Source: Candidatus Moraniibacteriota bacterium (lineage in GTDB: Bacteria > Patescibacteriota > Minisyncoccia > Moranbacterales > UBA1568). From it: a stretch of 64,000 nt of DNA. The notes beneath the pieces were generated by a model. It saw only the letters and a program-made list of their open reading frames with translations. It was not told where the DNA came from and did no database searches. The stretch lies in assembly GCA_018062205.1 (NCBI GenBank), contig JAGOSP010000004.1, positions 198-64,197 on the forward strand, written 5' to 3'. A program made the translations under genes and the position numbers. Positions 54,668 through 64,000 of this stretch are shown piece by piece; positions within the stretch are counted from its first letter, which is position 1, and every line of letters starts with the position of its first letter.

Positions 54668-55273
54668 ATGGAAAGAAATGAGAAAAAACTGATTGAGGCG
54701 AGTTTACATGATGACGGGAAAGCTTTTGAAGAGCTTCTTTCGGTGTATCTCAGGCCAGTGTACGCATTTGTTTTGTTTCTGACTCGCGATGTTCCCATGG
54801 CGGAGGATGTCACTCAGGAAACGAGCATTAAAGTTTGGAAGCATCTCGCTCGTTTTGATACGGAGAAAAGTTTTAAAACCTGGGTGTTTGCTATTGCTAA
54901 GAATACCGCTTACGATGCTTTGAAAAAAAAACGTGATTTGCCATTCTCACTCTTTTCAAAGGGTGAAAATGAAGAAGAGGAAGATCTTTGGTCAGAGCGC
55001 ATTGTTGATGAGGCACCCCTTATAGACGAGCTCTTGGTTCGGGCGGAGAGTGCTGAGGTTTTAGACCAGAAATTAAACATGCTTTCACCTCGCTTCCAGC
55101 AGATTCTCCGATTACACTACCGAGAGGATTTTTCACTTGCGGAAATAGCCGAGATCCTTGGTGAACCTTATAACACTATTAAGAGTCGGCACGGAAGAGC
55201 TATTCGAAGTTTACGGCAGACTTTTGAAAAGAAGAGCTTCCTTATTGCGTCGGAGTTATCAGGAATATCGTAA
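54668..55273 (+). CDS. ECF-subfamily RNA polymerase sigma-70 factor
   Basis: Region 2 (YLRPVYAFVLFLTRDVPMAEDVTQETSIKVW) and region 4 (LSPRFQQILRLHYREDFSLAEIAEILGEPYNTIKSR). Confidence 0.85.
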   Translation: MERNEKKLIEASLHDDGKAFEELLSVYLRPVYAFVLFLTRDVPMAEDVTQETSIKVWKHLARFDTEKSFKTWVFAIAKNTAYDALKKKRDLPFSLFSKGENEEEEDLWSERIVDEAPLIDELLVRAESAEVLDQKLNMLSPRFQQILRLHYREDFSLAEIAEILGEPYNTIKSRHGRAIRSLRQTFEKKSFLIASELSGIS

Positions 55274-55287
55274 TCAAAGCAAAGCAT

Positions 55288-55704
55288 ATGAAATCATCCC
55301 TCTCCTCACTTCTCAAGTCACTTCCAGAACCGGAGCTCCCCGCTGGTTTTTCGGAGCGAATTTTTTCTGAGATAACACAATTGCAGGAGCGTAAGATGCG
55401 CCGGGCGATACTCTTTTCGTGGGTACGTATTGGAATATCAGGTCTCGTTTCTCTCCTCGCGATTTTTTTCGCAGGATCGACGATACTTGGTTCGGAATTT
55501 GCACAGCTTTTTTCATTGATTGTCTCCGATACCTTGGTTTTGACAACTTACGGTCGAGAGCTGTTTTGGCTCTTTTTAGAGACATTTCCGACCGTTCCTT
55601 TCGCTCTTTTATTTGTTCCATTATTTTTCTTTCTCCTTTCACTCGGTATGCATGCAACAGTAAAAAATCATTCTCAATTTCCCCAATTAGTATCCATCAC
55701 ATAA
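55288..55704 (+). CDS. putative anti-sigma factor (membrane protein downstream of the ECF sigma)
   Basis: Short cytoplasmic N-terminus followed by TM helices. The position is typical for an anti-sigma partner. Confidence 0.45.
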   Translation: MKSSLSSLLKSLPEPELPAGFSERIFSEITQLQERKMRRAILFSWVRIGISGLVSLLAIFFAGSTILGSEFAQLFSLIVSDTLVLTTYGRELFWLFLETFPTVPFALLFVPLFFFLLSLGMHATVKNHSQFPQLVSIT

Positions 55705-55714
55705 TCTTATTTGT

Positions 55715-56245
55715 ATGACTATGAATTTTCAAACATGCATGCAGTCTCAAGTTTTTCGATCAAGCGTAATTATAGTCGGAATTGCGTCTGTGGCGCTTGT
55801 GAGTTTTGCCGCTGGAGTGGCAGTTGGTTTGCATAAGGCTCGATTTTCGTATGCCTGGGGAGAGAACTATGAGCGGAATTTTCTTGGTGGTTCACATGGA
55901 TTTATGCCGGGTGATATGATGGGAAAAGGAGAAGGCTCGCGTGGTTTTCGAAACCCGCATGGAATATCGGGCATTGTTTTGTCGATAGAAAATGATTCTT
56001 TGTTTCTCAAAAATCGAAATAATAATCAGGAATCAAGTGTGCGTATCACCGATCAGACACTGCTTATGAAGCAACAGACAAAGATAGTTGTGAGCGATAT
56101 ACAGAAGAATGATATCGTAATGGTTGTTGGTAAGCCAGCTGAAGATGGTGTGGTGGTTGCTGATTTCGTCCGTGTTTTTGACCAGAATGAGAAGGACGAT
56201 GAAAGAGATTCTCGTCAGCCAATGGGTCGTAATCGTGGTAAATAA
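55715..56245 (+). CDS. hypothetical exported protein
   Basis: N-terminal signal-anchor. No motif recognised. In the same operon orientation. Confidence 0.45.
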   Translation: MTMNFQTCMQSQVFRSSVIIVGIASVALVSFAAGVAVGLHKARFSYAWGENYERNFLGGSHGFMPGDMMGKGEGSRGFRNPHGISGIVLSIENDSLFLKNRNNNQESSVRITDQTLLMKQQTKIVVSDIQKNDIVMVVGKPAEDGVVVADFVRVFDQNEKDDERDSRQPMGRNRGK

Positions 56246-56269
56246 GAGATTCTTTGTGAAAAATATCCT

Positions 56270-57397
56270 ATGATGCAGAGCATATTCACGTGGGGAAAAA
56301 GACACTGGAAACTGATTACTATTGGAGTGGTCTTTGCGGGTGGCGCATATTGGTATTTTGGAAATTCTTCTTCGGCAACCCAGGCTCCCGTTCAGAAAAC
56401 GGTGACTGTCGAGCGAGGTGATTTACGTGTTGTCGTATCGGGAAGTGGACAAGTGGAAGCTGTTTCACAGGTTGACTTGACGCCGGTTATCGCGGGAGAC
56501 GGTATTGATGTTTTGTTGGTACAAGTAGAGAATAATCAGATGGTAAAAAAGGGCCAGGTTATTGCTGTGCTGGATACTCAAGATGCAGTGCGCGATATCA
56601 AGAATGCTCAACTGAATCTTCAGAATGCAAAAATTAAACAGAAGCAAACAGAAGACATGTACGAAAAACAGACCAAAACTGATCTCTGGAACCGTCAGTT
56701 GCAGGAAATAGGAGTTGCGCAGAGTCAAAATAGTTTGAGTAAGGCACAGGAAAAACTTGCTGATTACTCAATCAAGGCACCTTTTGATGGTATTGTGACC
56801 GGCTTGAGTGTCGAAGCGGGAGACTCAGTTGCACGTAATACTATACTCGCATCAGTGATTACACCAGAACGAAAAATTGTGGTTAATCTGAATGAGGTTG
56901 ATGCGGCAAGGGTGGTCGAGGGTAATCGCGTAGAACTCTCTTTTAATGCGCTACCAAACCTGATACTTGGCGGAAAAGTTTCAAGAATAGCAACTATCGG
57001 TAAGGTGACCCAGAATGTTGTTTCTTATGAAGCAGACATTGAATTGGATGAACAAAATGATTCCATCAAACCAGGAATGAGTGTGAGTGCTGATATTTTG
57101 GTAGTAGAAAAAAAGAATGTCTTGCTCCTGCCGAATGCCGCGTTGAGTACGGATGAGGATGGTCAGGTGACGGTGAAAAAAAGAATGAACAATCGGAGTA
57201 CTCCAGATACACGCGGAACGGAGGCCCAGGCTATTGAGATTGGTTTGACTAATGATATACAGACTGAGGTGACGAGCGGTATAAATGAAGGAGATAAGGT
57301 GATTTTGCCATCTATTACTACGAGCGCGACCAAAGCCGCATCAGGCGGAAGTGTTCTCAGTTCATTGTTTCGGGGATCAGGAAGAAATAATCGGTAG
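56270..57397 (+). CDS. macA: efflux transporter periplasmic adaptor (membrane fusion protein, MacA/HlyD family)
   Basis: N-terminal TM, biotinyl/lipoyl-like half-domains, a coiled coil (AQLNLQNAKIKQKQTEDMYEK), and a beta-barrel region. Confidence 0.8.
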   Translation: MMQSIFTWGKRHWKLITIGVVFAGGAYWYFGNSSSATQAPVQKTVTVERGDLRVVVSGSGQVEAVSQVDLTPVIAGDGIDVLLVQVENNQMVKKGQVIAVLDTQDAVRDIKNAQLNLQNAKIKQKQTEDMYEKQTKTDLWNRQLQEIGVAQSQNSLSKAQEKLADYSIKAPFDGIVTGLSVEAGDSVARNTILASVITPERKIVVNLNEVDAARVVEGNRVELSFNALPNLILGGKVSRIATIGKVTQNVVSYEADIELDEQNDSIKPGMSVSADILVVEKKNVLLLPNAALSTDEDGQVTVKKRMNNRSTPDTRGTEAQAIEIGLTNDIQTEVTSGINEGDKVILPSITTSATKAASGGSVLSSLFRGSGRNNR

Positions 57398-57561
57398 TAT
57401 ACAGGGAGGGCGAGAGGGTTTTCTGACAGTTGATGAAAAGATGTCATTCTTGTTTTCTCTCACGGTGTATTTGTAGATCAGCAGAGGAATAAAAAACTCC
57501 CTTTATTTTTTCAATAACAGATGAAGGAGAGAGGAATATATTGATTTAGTGATTCAGATGT

Positions 57562-58257
57562 ATGATTGAATGTCGCGATATTCGCAAAACCTATCAAAAT
57601 GAAGGCGGCGATACTGAGGTGCTCAGGGGTATTTCATTTGCTATCGCGGATGGAGAATTTGTCTCGATTATGGGACCGAGTGGATCAGGAAAGTCAACGC
57701 TCATGCATATTCTAGGTGCACTTGATAGTCCTTCATCTGGAGGATACTTTCTGGATGGTCAGGATATGTCGAAGCGTTCAGATGATGAGCTTGCTCGTTT
57801 GCGGCGAGAAAAAATTGGATTTGTTTTTCAGGCATTTAATCTTTTGCCACGGACAAGCGTGGTACGCAATGTGATGCTACCACTTATTTATCAGGAGGCA
57901 CCAGTTGAAGATCGTATGAAGCAGGTTGAAGCTTCGCTTCTGGCAGTTGGACTTGACCGAGAGCATTGGACACATCAGTCAAATCAACTTTCTGGTGGAC
58001 AGATGCAGCGAGTGGCAATTGCACGAGCTCTTGTGAACAACCCATCTCTTATTCTTGCTGATGAACCAACCGGGAACCTGGACACCAAAACAGGAGAGTT
58101 GGTCCTTCAAACTTTCGAACGTTTGAACCGGGAGCATGGGCATACCATTATATTGATTACACACGAAGCGGATGTTGCCCGACATGCTGATCGGACGCTC
58201 CTCATTCGAGACGGACTGCTTGTGAGTGACATCCAAAATACGCCACGCAAGAAATAA
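57562..58257 (+). CDS. macB: ABC transporter ATP-binding protein (MacB/LolD family)
   Basis: Walker [10 protein letters not shown], the LSGGQ signature as [15 protein letters not shown], and Walker [12 protein letters not shown]. Confidence 0.9.
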   Translation: MIECRDIRKTYQNEGGDTEVLRGISFAIADGEFVSIMGPSGSGKSTLMHILGALDSPSSGGYFLDGQDMSKRSDDELARLRREKIGFVFQAFNLLPRTSVVRNVMLPLIYQEAPVEDRMKQVEASLLAVGLDREHWTHQSNQLSGGQMQRVAIARALVNNPSLILADEPTGNLDTKTGELVLQTFERLNREHGHTIILITHEADVARHADRTLLIRDGLLVSDIQNTPRKK

Positions 58258-58276
58258 TTTTTTTTCACCATCGATT

Positions 58277-59503
58277 ATGTTGGCAGGCGATCTTTCCTCA
58301 GAAATCTATGCGGCGCTTACGGTGAATAAATCACGGTCAGGTTTGACCGTGCTTGGTATCGTGATTGGTATTGCCTCGGTGATTATTATGGTAGCCATTG
58401 GCCGTGGGGCACAGGATTCAATACAGGCGAGTATTCAATCTATTGGTTCTAATTTGCTTATGGTACGTCCGGGTGCCGAACGGGAGCGTGGTTCATCCGT
58501 AGTTGGAGCACAAGGTTCAGCGCAATCATTAAAATTGGCAGACGCTGAAGTTTTGAAAAACACAGTATCGGATGTTTCGGCGATAGCTCCGGAAGTTTCT
58601 GCTCGTAATAAACAAGTAACTGCCGCAGGAAATAATACCAATACCAGCGTGACGGGTGTGACAGAAGAGTATGCGACTGTTCGTAATGTAAATATTGCAC
58701 AAGGAGCTTTTATTACCGCAGGACAAGTGCGTACTTTGGCCAAGGTAGCGGTAATTGGTCCGGATGTGGTGACAGCAATTTTTGGTGCTGACGCTTCAAA
58801 TCCGGTTGGAAAAAAACTTCGCATCTCTAATACAGACTTCACTATTATTGGAGTGACCATTCCTCGTGGGGGAACTGGTTTCGGTAGTTCGGATGATGTT
58901 ATTTATGTGCCTATTTCAACTGCACAACAATTTTTTACGGGAAATGAGTATCTCTCGAGTATAAACATTCAAGTCAAAGATGGTGCGGATATGAATGCAA
59001 CATCAGACGCTGTGAAGGCAGCACTTCTCTCGAGTCATCAGATTGCAGACCCAACCAAGGCAGACTTCTCGATTATGAATCAGGCGGATATTGTTTCAAC
59101 TGCTTCATCAGTGACGAGTACTTTTACAGCATTACTTGGTGCGGTGGCAGGAATCTCACTTTTAGTTGGTGGTATTGGAATTATGAATATGATGTTGACG
59201 ACAGTGACCGAGCGGACACGCGAGATTGGTTTGCGTAAGGCTATTGGGGCTGAAGGGGCTGATATTCGTAAACAATTTTTGTATGAAGCCATTGTACTGA
59301 CTTTTTCTGGTGGAGCTATCGGTGTTTTTCTCGGTTGGCTGGTAGCGGTTGTTGCGACCTCTTTTGGTCTGCCGGCGAGTATTTCTTCTGGTTCTATTCT
59401 CTTAGCTTTCGTGGTTTCGACAGCCATTGGTATTATTTTCGGTTATTACCCAGCGAGTCGCGCTGCTCGCATGAATCCCATCGAGGCTTTGCGATACGAA
59501 TAA
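58277..59503 (+). CDS. ABC transporter permease (MacB_PCD + FtsX domains)
   Basis: N-terminal TM. A periplasmic MacB-like core domain. Three C-terminal FtsX-type helices. Confidence 0.85.
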   Translation: MLAGDLSSEIYAALTVNKSRSGLTVLGIVIGIASVIIMVAIGRGAQDSIQASIQSIGSNLLMVRPGAERERGSSVVGAQGSAQSLKLADAEVLKNTVSDVSAIAPEVSARNKQVTAAGNNTNTSVTGVTEEYATVRNVNIAQGAFITAGQVRTLAKVAVIGPDVVTAIFGADASNPVGKKLRISNTDFTIIGVTIPRGGTGFGSSDDVIYVPISTAQQFFTGNEYLSSINIQVKDGADMNATSDAVKAALLSSHQIADPTKADFSIMNQADIVSTASSVTSTFTALLGAVAGISLLVGGIGIMNMMLTTVTERTREIGLRKAIGAEGADIRKQFLYEAIVLTFSGGAIGVFLGWLVAVVATSFGLPASISSGSILLAFVVSTAIGIIFGYYPASRAARMNPIEALRYE

Positions 59504-59533
59504 TGTCTACGAACAAACAGAGAAAAGAAAAAT

Positions 59534-59572
59534 CCGCACGCGAGCCAGAGGCAAGCGTGCGGTTTTTTTGTC
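59534..59572. terminator. strong Rho-independent terminator (usable in both directions)
   Basis: CCGCACGC-GAGCCAGAGGCAA-GCGTGCGG (8 bp GC stem). T-run on the plus side, A-run on the other side. Confidence 0.7.
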
Positions 59573-59574
59573 GT

Positions 59575-59875
59575 TCTCTGTTTCTACCAGTGACGATGCC
59601 CACGTCGGAAAAACCAGTGACGGATGACTTTCTTGGGAATGTTCCGAACAACCCGGAGATCGAGACTGTGGATACATCGAGGCCAGAACGGAGGCCTTGG
59701 TTTCGTGTAATGAGCAGACCTTCTCATCTGAAGATAGGCCATCGTTGCTCTGCGTGCAGCCCGTACCCTGCTGCTGTCCCTGTTTTCCGAACGATTCAAA
59801 ATCATCAACATGGTGTAGACCTCTCTTTTCTTGTCAGTGAAGCAGTGGGTACTTTTCCGGAAAGGAAAAGCTCTA
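59575..59875 (-). other. promoter/terminator-bounded roughly 340-nt transcription unit without convincing ORF (candidate ncRNA, or an Arg-rich 75-aa microprotein)
   Basis: Minus-strand promoter TTGACA-16nt-TATAAA at about 59880-59910. The unit terminates at the 59534-59572 hairpin. The only ORF (59584..59811, minus) is 20% Arg, with a GAGAGG RBS. Confidence 0.35.
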
Positions 59876-59964
59876 GAAAACTTTTATACTGCCCAGTTTT
59901 CCATTGTCAAACAACACACAATTGTACTTTTTTATCTTGTTTTCGTCAATGCAAAGACCCTATT

Positions 59965-60693
59965 TTATGACTGTAAATCTAAATCAGCCAGGAAGGCTTC
60001 GCGAGCAGCGCCGGAAATAGGACGTGACTGGCCAGGGTTCATTGCACCGAGGCGTACCTGCATAATACGCACGCGTTTTAGAGCAATAACAGTGAGATGG
60101 ATAGCCGAGAGCATGCGACGAATTTGATGCTTTTTTCCTTCAGTTAGAATGATGGTCAGGGTATTTTTGTTTGTGATGCGGACTGATTTGGCAGTGAGGA
60201 GTTCTCCTTCTTCCATGATGCCGGCTTCGAGATAGGGAAGCTTGGTGACGTCGATGGTTTCCTGCACCGTGACCTCATATTCTTTCTCATGCGCGAAGCG
60301 AGGGTGGAGTAGGCGCTCAGTGATGCGCCCGTCATTGGTGAGAATAATAAGACCCTCGGAGTCTTTATCAAGTCGGCCAATCGGGAAGAGATCTGATTTC
60401 TTGGTGACATCGGCGATGGAATACTCCCTTTTTCCTTGGGGTGAGTGAGTGATGATGCCACGTGGCTTGTAGTATGCGAGATAGGTGTGATGCCGGCGGT
60501 TTGCGTTTTCAACAGTAATCTGGTCTGTTTCGGAAATTTTCATACCGAGCACGGCTTTTTGTCCGTTGACGATGATGCGACCGGCTTCGATGAGCGCATC
60601 AGCTTCGCGGCGTGTGGCGATACCTTGTTTTGCGAGATAACGATTGAGGCGCATTGGAAATGTGGCGTCTTCTGGAGTGAGAGGAGTTTTCAT
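59965..60693 (-). CDS. rsuA: pseudouridine synthase, RsuA/RluB family (S4 + PseudoU_synth_2)
   Basis: N-terminal S4 domain (RLNRYLAKQGIATRREADALIEAGRI). Catalytic GRLDKDSEGL and HQIRRM. Confidence 0.85.
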   Translation of the reverse strand: MKTPLTPEDATFPMRLNRYLAKQGIATRREADALIEAGRIIVNGQKAVLGMKISETDQITVENANRRHHTYLAYYKPRGIITHSPQGKREYSIADVTKKSDLFPIGRLDKDSEGLIILTNDGRITERLLHPRFAHEKEYEVTVQETIDVTKLPYLEAGIMEEGELLTAKSVRITNKNTLTIILTEGKKHQIRRMLSAIHLTVIALKRVRIMQVRLGAMNPGQSRPISGAAREAFLADLDLQS

Positions 60694-60765
60694 ATGAGAT
60701 TTGTGAATGAGTGATTAATTAAAGAGAGAAAAATGTTATTTTGTTGTAGCCATATATTTTGAATG

Positions 60766-63700
60766 TTATCTGTTTTGAAACCAGCTTTTATAAATGACGG
60801 GAATGAAGAAGAGTTTCGCAACACCAGAAAAAGTAAGGCCAGCAATAATAGCTCCTCCGAGTCCCTGCCAAATTGGATCGGAAAGTGTGATAGGAATGAG
60901 ACCAATGATGGTGGTAAGGGCGGTGAGGAGTATCGGCTCGAGTCGGCTGGCTGCCCCGGAAGCAATTGCTTCATCGAGATCGGACATGCACTCCATATTT
61001 TTATTGATCTTGTCGACCATAATAATAGAATTATTCACTACAATACCGAACAGTGCCAGAACACCGATAAGCGCAGGGAAAGAAAGTGGAATACCGAACA
61101 GCGCAAAGATAACAAAGACTCCAGAAACCGCAAGGGGGATAACCAGAAGTACGATGATAGCTTTACGAAAGGAATTAAATTGCATCACCATCGTAGCGAA
61201 TATCAACGCTGCCGAGAGAAGCATCGCAAGAAGAATCGAACGAACAGATTTTGTGTTTTCTTCGTTTACTCCTCCAGTTTGAAAGGAATATCCATCAGGA
61301 AAGACGACATTCTTTTGAACATAGGTCTCAAGGTTTTTACTTTCAGTTGAGACACTGTAGCCTGGCGTGACGTCCGCAGTGACAGAGAGGACGCGATTCC
61401 CGTCTTCGCGATCAATACTGGCAGGATTTTCTTTCAGGATAAAACGTCCGAGAGCAGACAGTGGAATCATACCTGTTGATCCGCTCACAAAGAGTCTCTC
61501 GGGATCAGAGAGAGTTGCTCCCTGAGAATCATCAGTGAGAGCAATTGCGATATCCATTTTCTGATTATCAAAACGGGCATCATTTTTTGCTATGAAGCCA
61601 TTACCGAGGGTGCGGAGAGTAAGTGCTAATCCATCAGTTGTGACACCAAAGTGAGCCAGCGCTTCTGTATCAGGAACAAAAACGAGTTTCCCTTTGACAG
61701 AGAGAGAAGTGGAAATATTCGTGACAGAAGATTTTTCTTTGAGGTGATCCTGAATTGTTTTGGCGAGTTTGTCGAGAGTTTCAAGATTTGATCCAAGGAG
61801 TTTAAGTGTAATATCACTTCCAGCTGGTGGTCCTCCGGAAATTTGTGTGGCAGAAATCTCCCCTTCGTTTGAGGAGGCATATTGACGGTTCAGCCGATCA
61901 ACCAGCGCACCTGAAGTTTCGTTACGATCTTTTTTATCTGGAAGAATCAAAGTGAAGAGGATTTCGTTGGTGTCAGGGGTGGAGGGGCTATTGTCTGTTG
62001 GCGGTTTGGCGCCAATTTCTGCAACGACAAAATTGGCGAGCGCCTCAAGACGTATTTTCTCGGCGAAATCAATCGCTTGCGAGCGACTTTTTTCGGGTGA
62101 TGTGCCAACGGGAAGTTTGAGTCGAAGATACACGATCGATTGATCATCTTCAGGAAAAAATTCATTGACAACATATCCTGTCGGAACGAGCACGTAGGAG
62201 AAAAGAGAAAAAAGAATAAGCATGGCGAAAGTGCGTCGGCGGAGTTTTTTTGAGGCGAGGATATTTTTGATGAAAATATGATAACGAGCCGCTATTCGAT
62301 CTAGATTAAGGTTTGCGCGGAGAGTCGCAAGCTGAGCAAGCCAGTTCGTTGTGCGCGGAAAAGCGATGAGGCGAGGGATGACCGTTGAAAAAGAGAATAG
62401 AATGATGCTGAGCGCAATAAGACTTGCTACCAGAGCGGGAACAAAAAAGAGACTTCCTTTGAAGAATATGAATAGCGACAAGATGACTGTAGTGGTGAGA
62501 AACACCTTGCCAAGAATGTTCACCCGTCGTGGTATGTTTCCAGCGAGAAGCGCGGCCATGAACGGAAGAATAATAAACAATGCGATAAGGGCCGAAAGGG
62601 CGAGTGCAGTGGAGACAACAATAGGGATTGGCTTGATGAATTCGCCAATGATTCCAGAAGCCAAGAGAAGTGGAAGAAAGGCCCAGACAGTAGTGATAGT
62701 TGTAGTAAGAATGACAACTCGGTAATCAGCAAAGACTTGAAGGGTTGTCTGCATGGGGTCCTCGTTGATAAAAATTCGTCGTCGACTTGAAACAGCAGAG
62801 ACGATAACAATAGCATTATCAACCAGAATTCCTAATGCTAAGAGAAGAGAAAAGAGTGATATGAAATTAATGGAAAGACCGGAGAGTTGCATAACAAGAA
62901 AGGTGCCGAGAAAGGTGATTGGAATGGCGAGTGCCGCAACAACGGATTGACGAAATCCGAAGAAGGTAAGAAGTACCAAAAAAACTAAGAAAAAAGTAAG
63001 AAGAAAATCATGAAGAAGCTGGTCGAAGCTTTTACTAATTTCTTGGCCACCATCAAAAAGTGCGGCGAGAGTAATATGTCCTCCTTCTTGATCCGCAAGA
63101 GATTGTGCCGTTCTTAGTACGGTATCGACTGTGGTTCGTGTATCGGCGGTATCACTTTTGAAAACTGAGAGTAAAATAGCCGGTGTCGGTGATGTCTCGC
63201 GATCAGCAAAAAAAGCTTCGGTGCCTCCTGGCGGTGCACGTTCAGTGATACGAGCGATTGATCCGAGTGGCATGATGGTGCCGCCAAGAGAGAGAGGAAG
63301 CGAGCGGATATCGCTGGCAGAATCAGCGAGCTTCTCAATGCCGAGGGTATACTTGGTGTTTGTACTCTGAAGTGATCCAGATGGATGGTTATCGAGTGCG
63401 CTTCCGATGCTTGCTCCCAGCGCTGGAACCGAGAGACGATAGGTGTCGATTGTTTCTGGCGTGATGGCAACCTGTATGACGGGTTCATTCCGATAAGAAA
63501 GAGCTACTCGTTCAACGCCAGACAAATCTTTGACGGTTTCCTTGAGTGCATCAGCGAAGTGTTCGAGTGATGCTTGTTCACCGTTGCGATTTGTCACGGC
63601 TAGGATGAGCGAGGGCTGATTCTGGAAATCAAGAACTTGAATATTGGGCTTCTCGGCATCTTTTGGAAGAGTTGTTACACTGTCGAGAGCTGTTTGAACA

Positions 63701-64000
63701 TCGTTTTTGGCTGTATCCGGATCAGTTCCCGATACAAACTCAAGTGTAATATGAGAAACACTTTCTTGAGAGGTTGCGGTTGCTTTGGTGACCCCGGAAA
63801 GATTTTCAAGAGCATCTTCAAGCGGAATAGTAACTAGCTGCTCCATATCTTCAGGATCAGTACCTGGGAGAAGGGTAGTCACGAAGACAATGGGGATTTG
63901 GATATTTGGATTGAGTTCTTTCGTCAGCGTGACATAGCTCGTGAGACCAGCGCCGGAGAGAATGATGGCAATGAGCGAAACAACGCGGATGCGTGAAAAA
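60766..64000 (-). CDS. RND-superfamily efflux permease (AcrB/HAE family), 5' end beyond window
   Basis: At least 1038 aa with the 12-TM, two-large-loop architecture. The reading frame stays open upstream of the track start at 63882 to the window edge, where the translation FFTRIRVVSLIAIILSGAGL.. resembles the AcrB TM1 region. Confidence 0.85.
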   Translation of the reverse strand, partial: FSRIRVVSLIAIILSGAGLTSYVTLTKELNPNIQIPIVFVTTLLPGTDPEDMEQLVTIPLEDALENLSGVTKATATSQESVSHITLEFVSGTDPDTAKNDVQTALDSVTTLPKDAEKPNIQVLDFQNQPSLILAVTNRNGEQASLEHFADALKETVKDLSGVERVALSYRNEPVIQVAITPETIDTYRLSVPALGASIGSALDNHPSGSLQSTNTKYTLGIEKLADSASDIRSLPLSLGGTIMPLGSIARITERAPPGGTEAFFADRETSPTPAILLSVFKSDTADTRTTVDTVLRTAQSLADQEGGHITLAALFDGGQEISKSFDQLLHDFLLTFFLVFLVLLTFFGFRQSVVAALAIPITFLGTFLVMQLSGLSINFISLFSLLLALGILVDNAIVIVSAVSSRRRIFINEDPMQTTLQVFADYRVVILTTTITTVWAFLPLLLASGIIGEFIKPIPIVVSTALALSALIALFIILPFMAALLAGNIPRRVNILGKVFLTTTVILSLFIFFKGSLFFVPALVASLIALSIILFSFSTVIPRLIAFPRTTNWLAQLATLRANLNLDRIAARYHIFIKNILASKKLRRRTFAMLILFSLFSYVLVPTGYVVNEFFPEDDQSIVYLRLKLPVGTSPEKSRSQAIDFAEKIRLEALANFVVAEIGAKPPTDNSPSTPDTNEILFTLILPDKKDRNETSGALVDRLNRQYASSNEGEISATQISGGPPAGSDITLKLLGSNLETLDKLAKTIQDHLKEKSSVTNISTSLSVKGKLVFVPDTEALAHFGVTTDGLALTLRTLGNGFIAKNDARFDNQKMDIAIALTDDSQGATLSDPERLFVSGSTGMIPLSALGRFILKENPASIDREDGNRVLSVTADVTPGYSVSTESKNLETYVQKNVVFPDGYSFQTGGVNEENTKSVRSILLAMLLSAALIFATMVMQFNSFRKAIIVLLVIPLAVSGVFVIFALFGIPLSFPALIGVLALFGIVVNNSIIMVDKINKNMECMSDLDEAIASGAASRLEPILLTALTTIIGLIPITLSDPIWQGLGGAIIAGLTFSGVAKLFFIPVIYKSWFQNR

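Noticed and set aside
59503-59970. 156-aa plus-strand ORF starting at TAATG after the permease stop
   Set aside because: It runs through a strong Rho-independent terminator and has a Cys/Arg/Pro-rich composition. It is unlikely to be translated.
60763-61350. 195-aa plus-strand ORF nested in the RND pump gene
   Set aside because: Antisense to a well-supported AcrB-family gene. The translation is lysine/arginine-rich.

Overview
The window is a 64 kb chromosomal segment from a low-to-moderate-GC bacterium (standard genetic code, mostly SD-like RBSs). It is gene-dense, with about 60 CDSs. Housekeeping genes are argS, ileS (type-2-like, preceded by a T-box leader), recO, tgt, an rsuA-like pseudouridine synthase, a fused coaD-coaE, and a NadM-like NMN adenylyltransferase. 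Several accessory modules are present. (i) An extracytoplasmic methionine-sulfoxide-repair module: a Met-rich thioredoxin-like protein, a CcdA-TlpA fusion, MsrAB and a CC-motif membrane protein. (ii) The hydrogenase maturation genes hypC, hypD and hypE, with a convergent hypF. (iii) A minimal two-gene [NiFe] hydrogenase (small and large subunit) next to a bacterial SET-domain protein, with a maturation protease about 3 kb away. (iv) A copper homeostasis operon (csoR-DUF305-copA-HMA permease-cupredoxin) with a recognisable CsoR operator inside its promoter. (v) An ECF sigma/anti-sigma pair followed by a MacA/MacB-type efflux system, and a partial AcrB-family RND pump at the window end. (vi) Several locally GC-rich (about 52-55%) islands carrying unusual genes: a ParB-like nuclease-domain protein, a GDPGP1/VTC2-like HIT protein, a translationally coupled Ser/Thr kinase plus vWA pair, and two hypothetical secreted/unknown proteins. 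There is also a PaaX-like regulator flanked by two copies of a 34-bp palindrome, a surface protein with four tandem Cys repeats, and a promoter/terminator-bounded roughly 340-nt unit without a convincing ORF. No rRNA, tRNA or CRISPR array was recognised.
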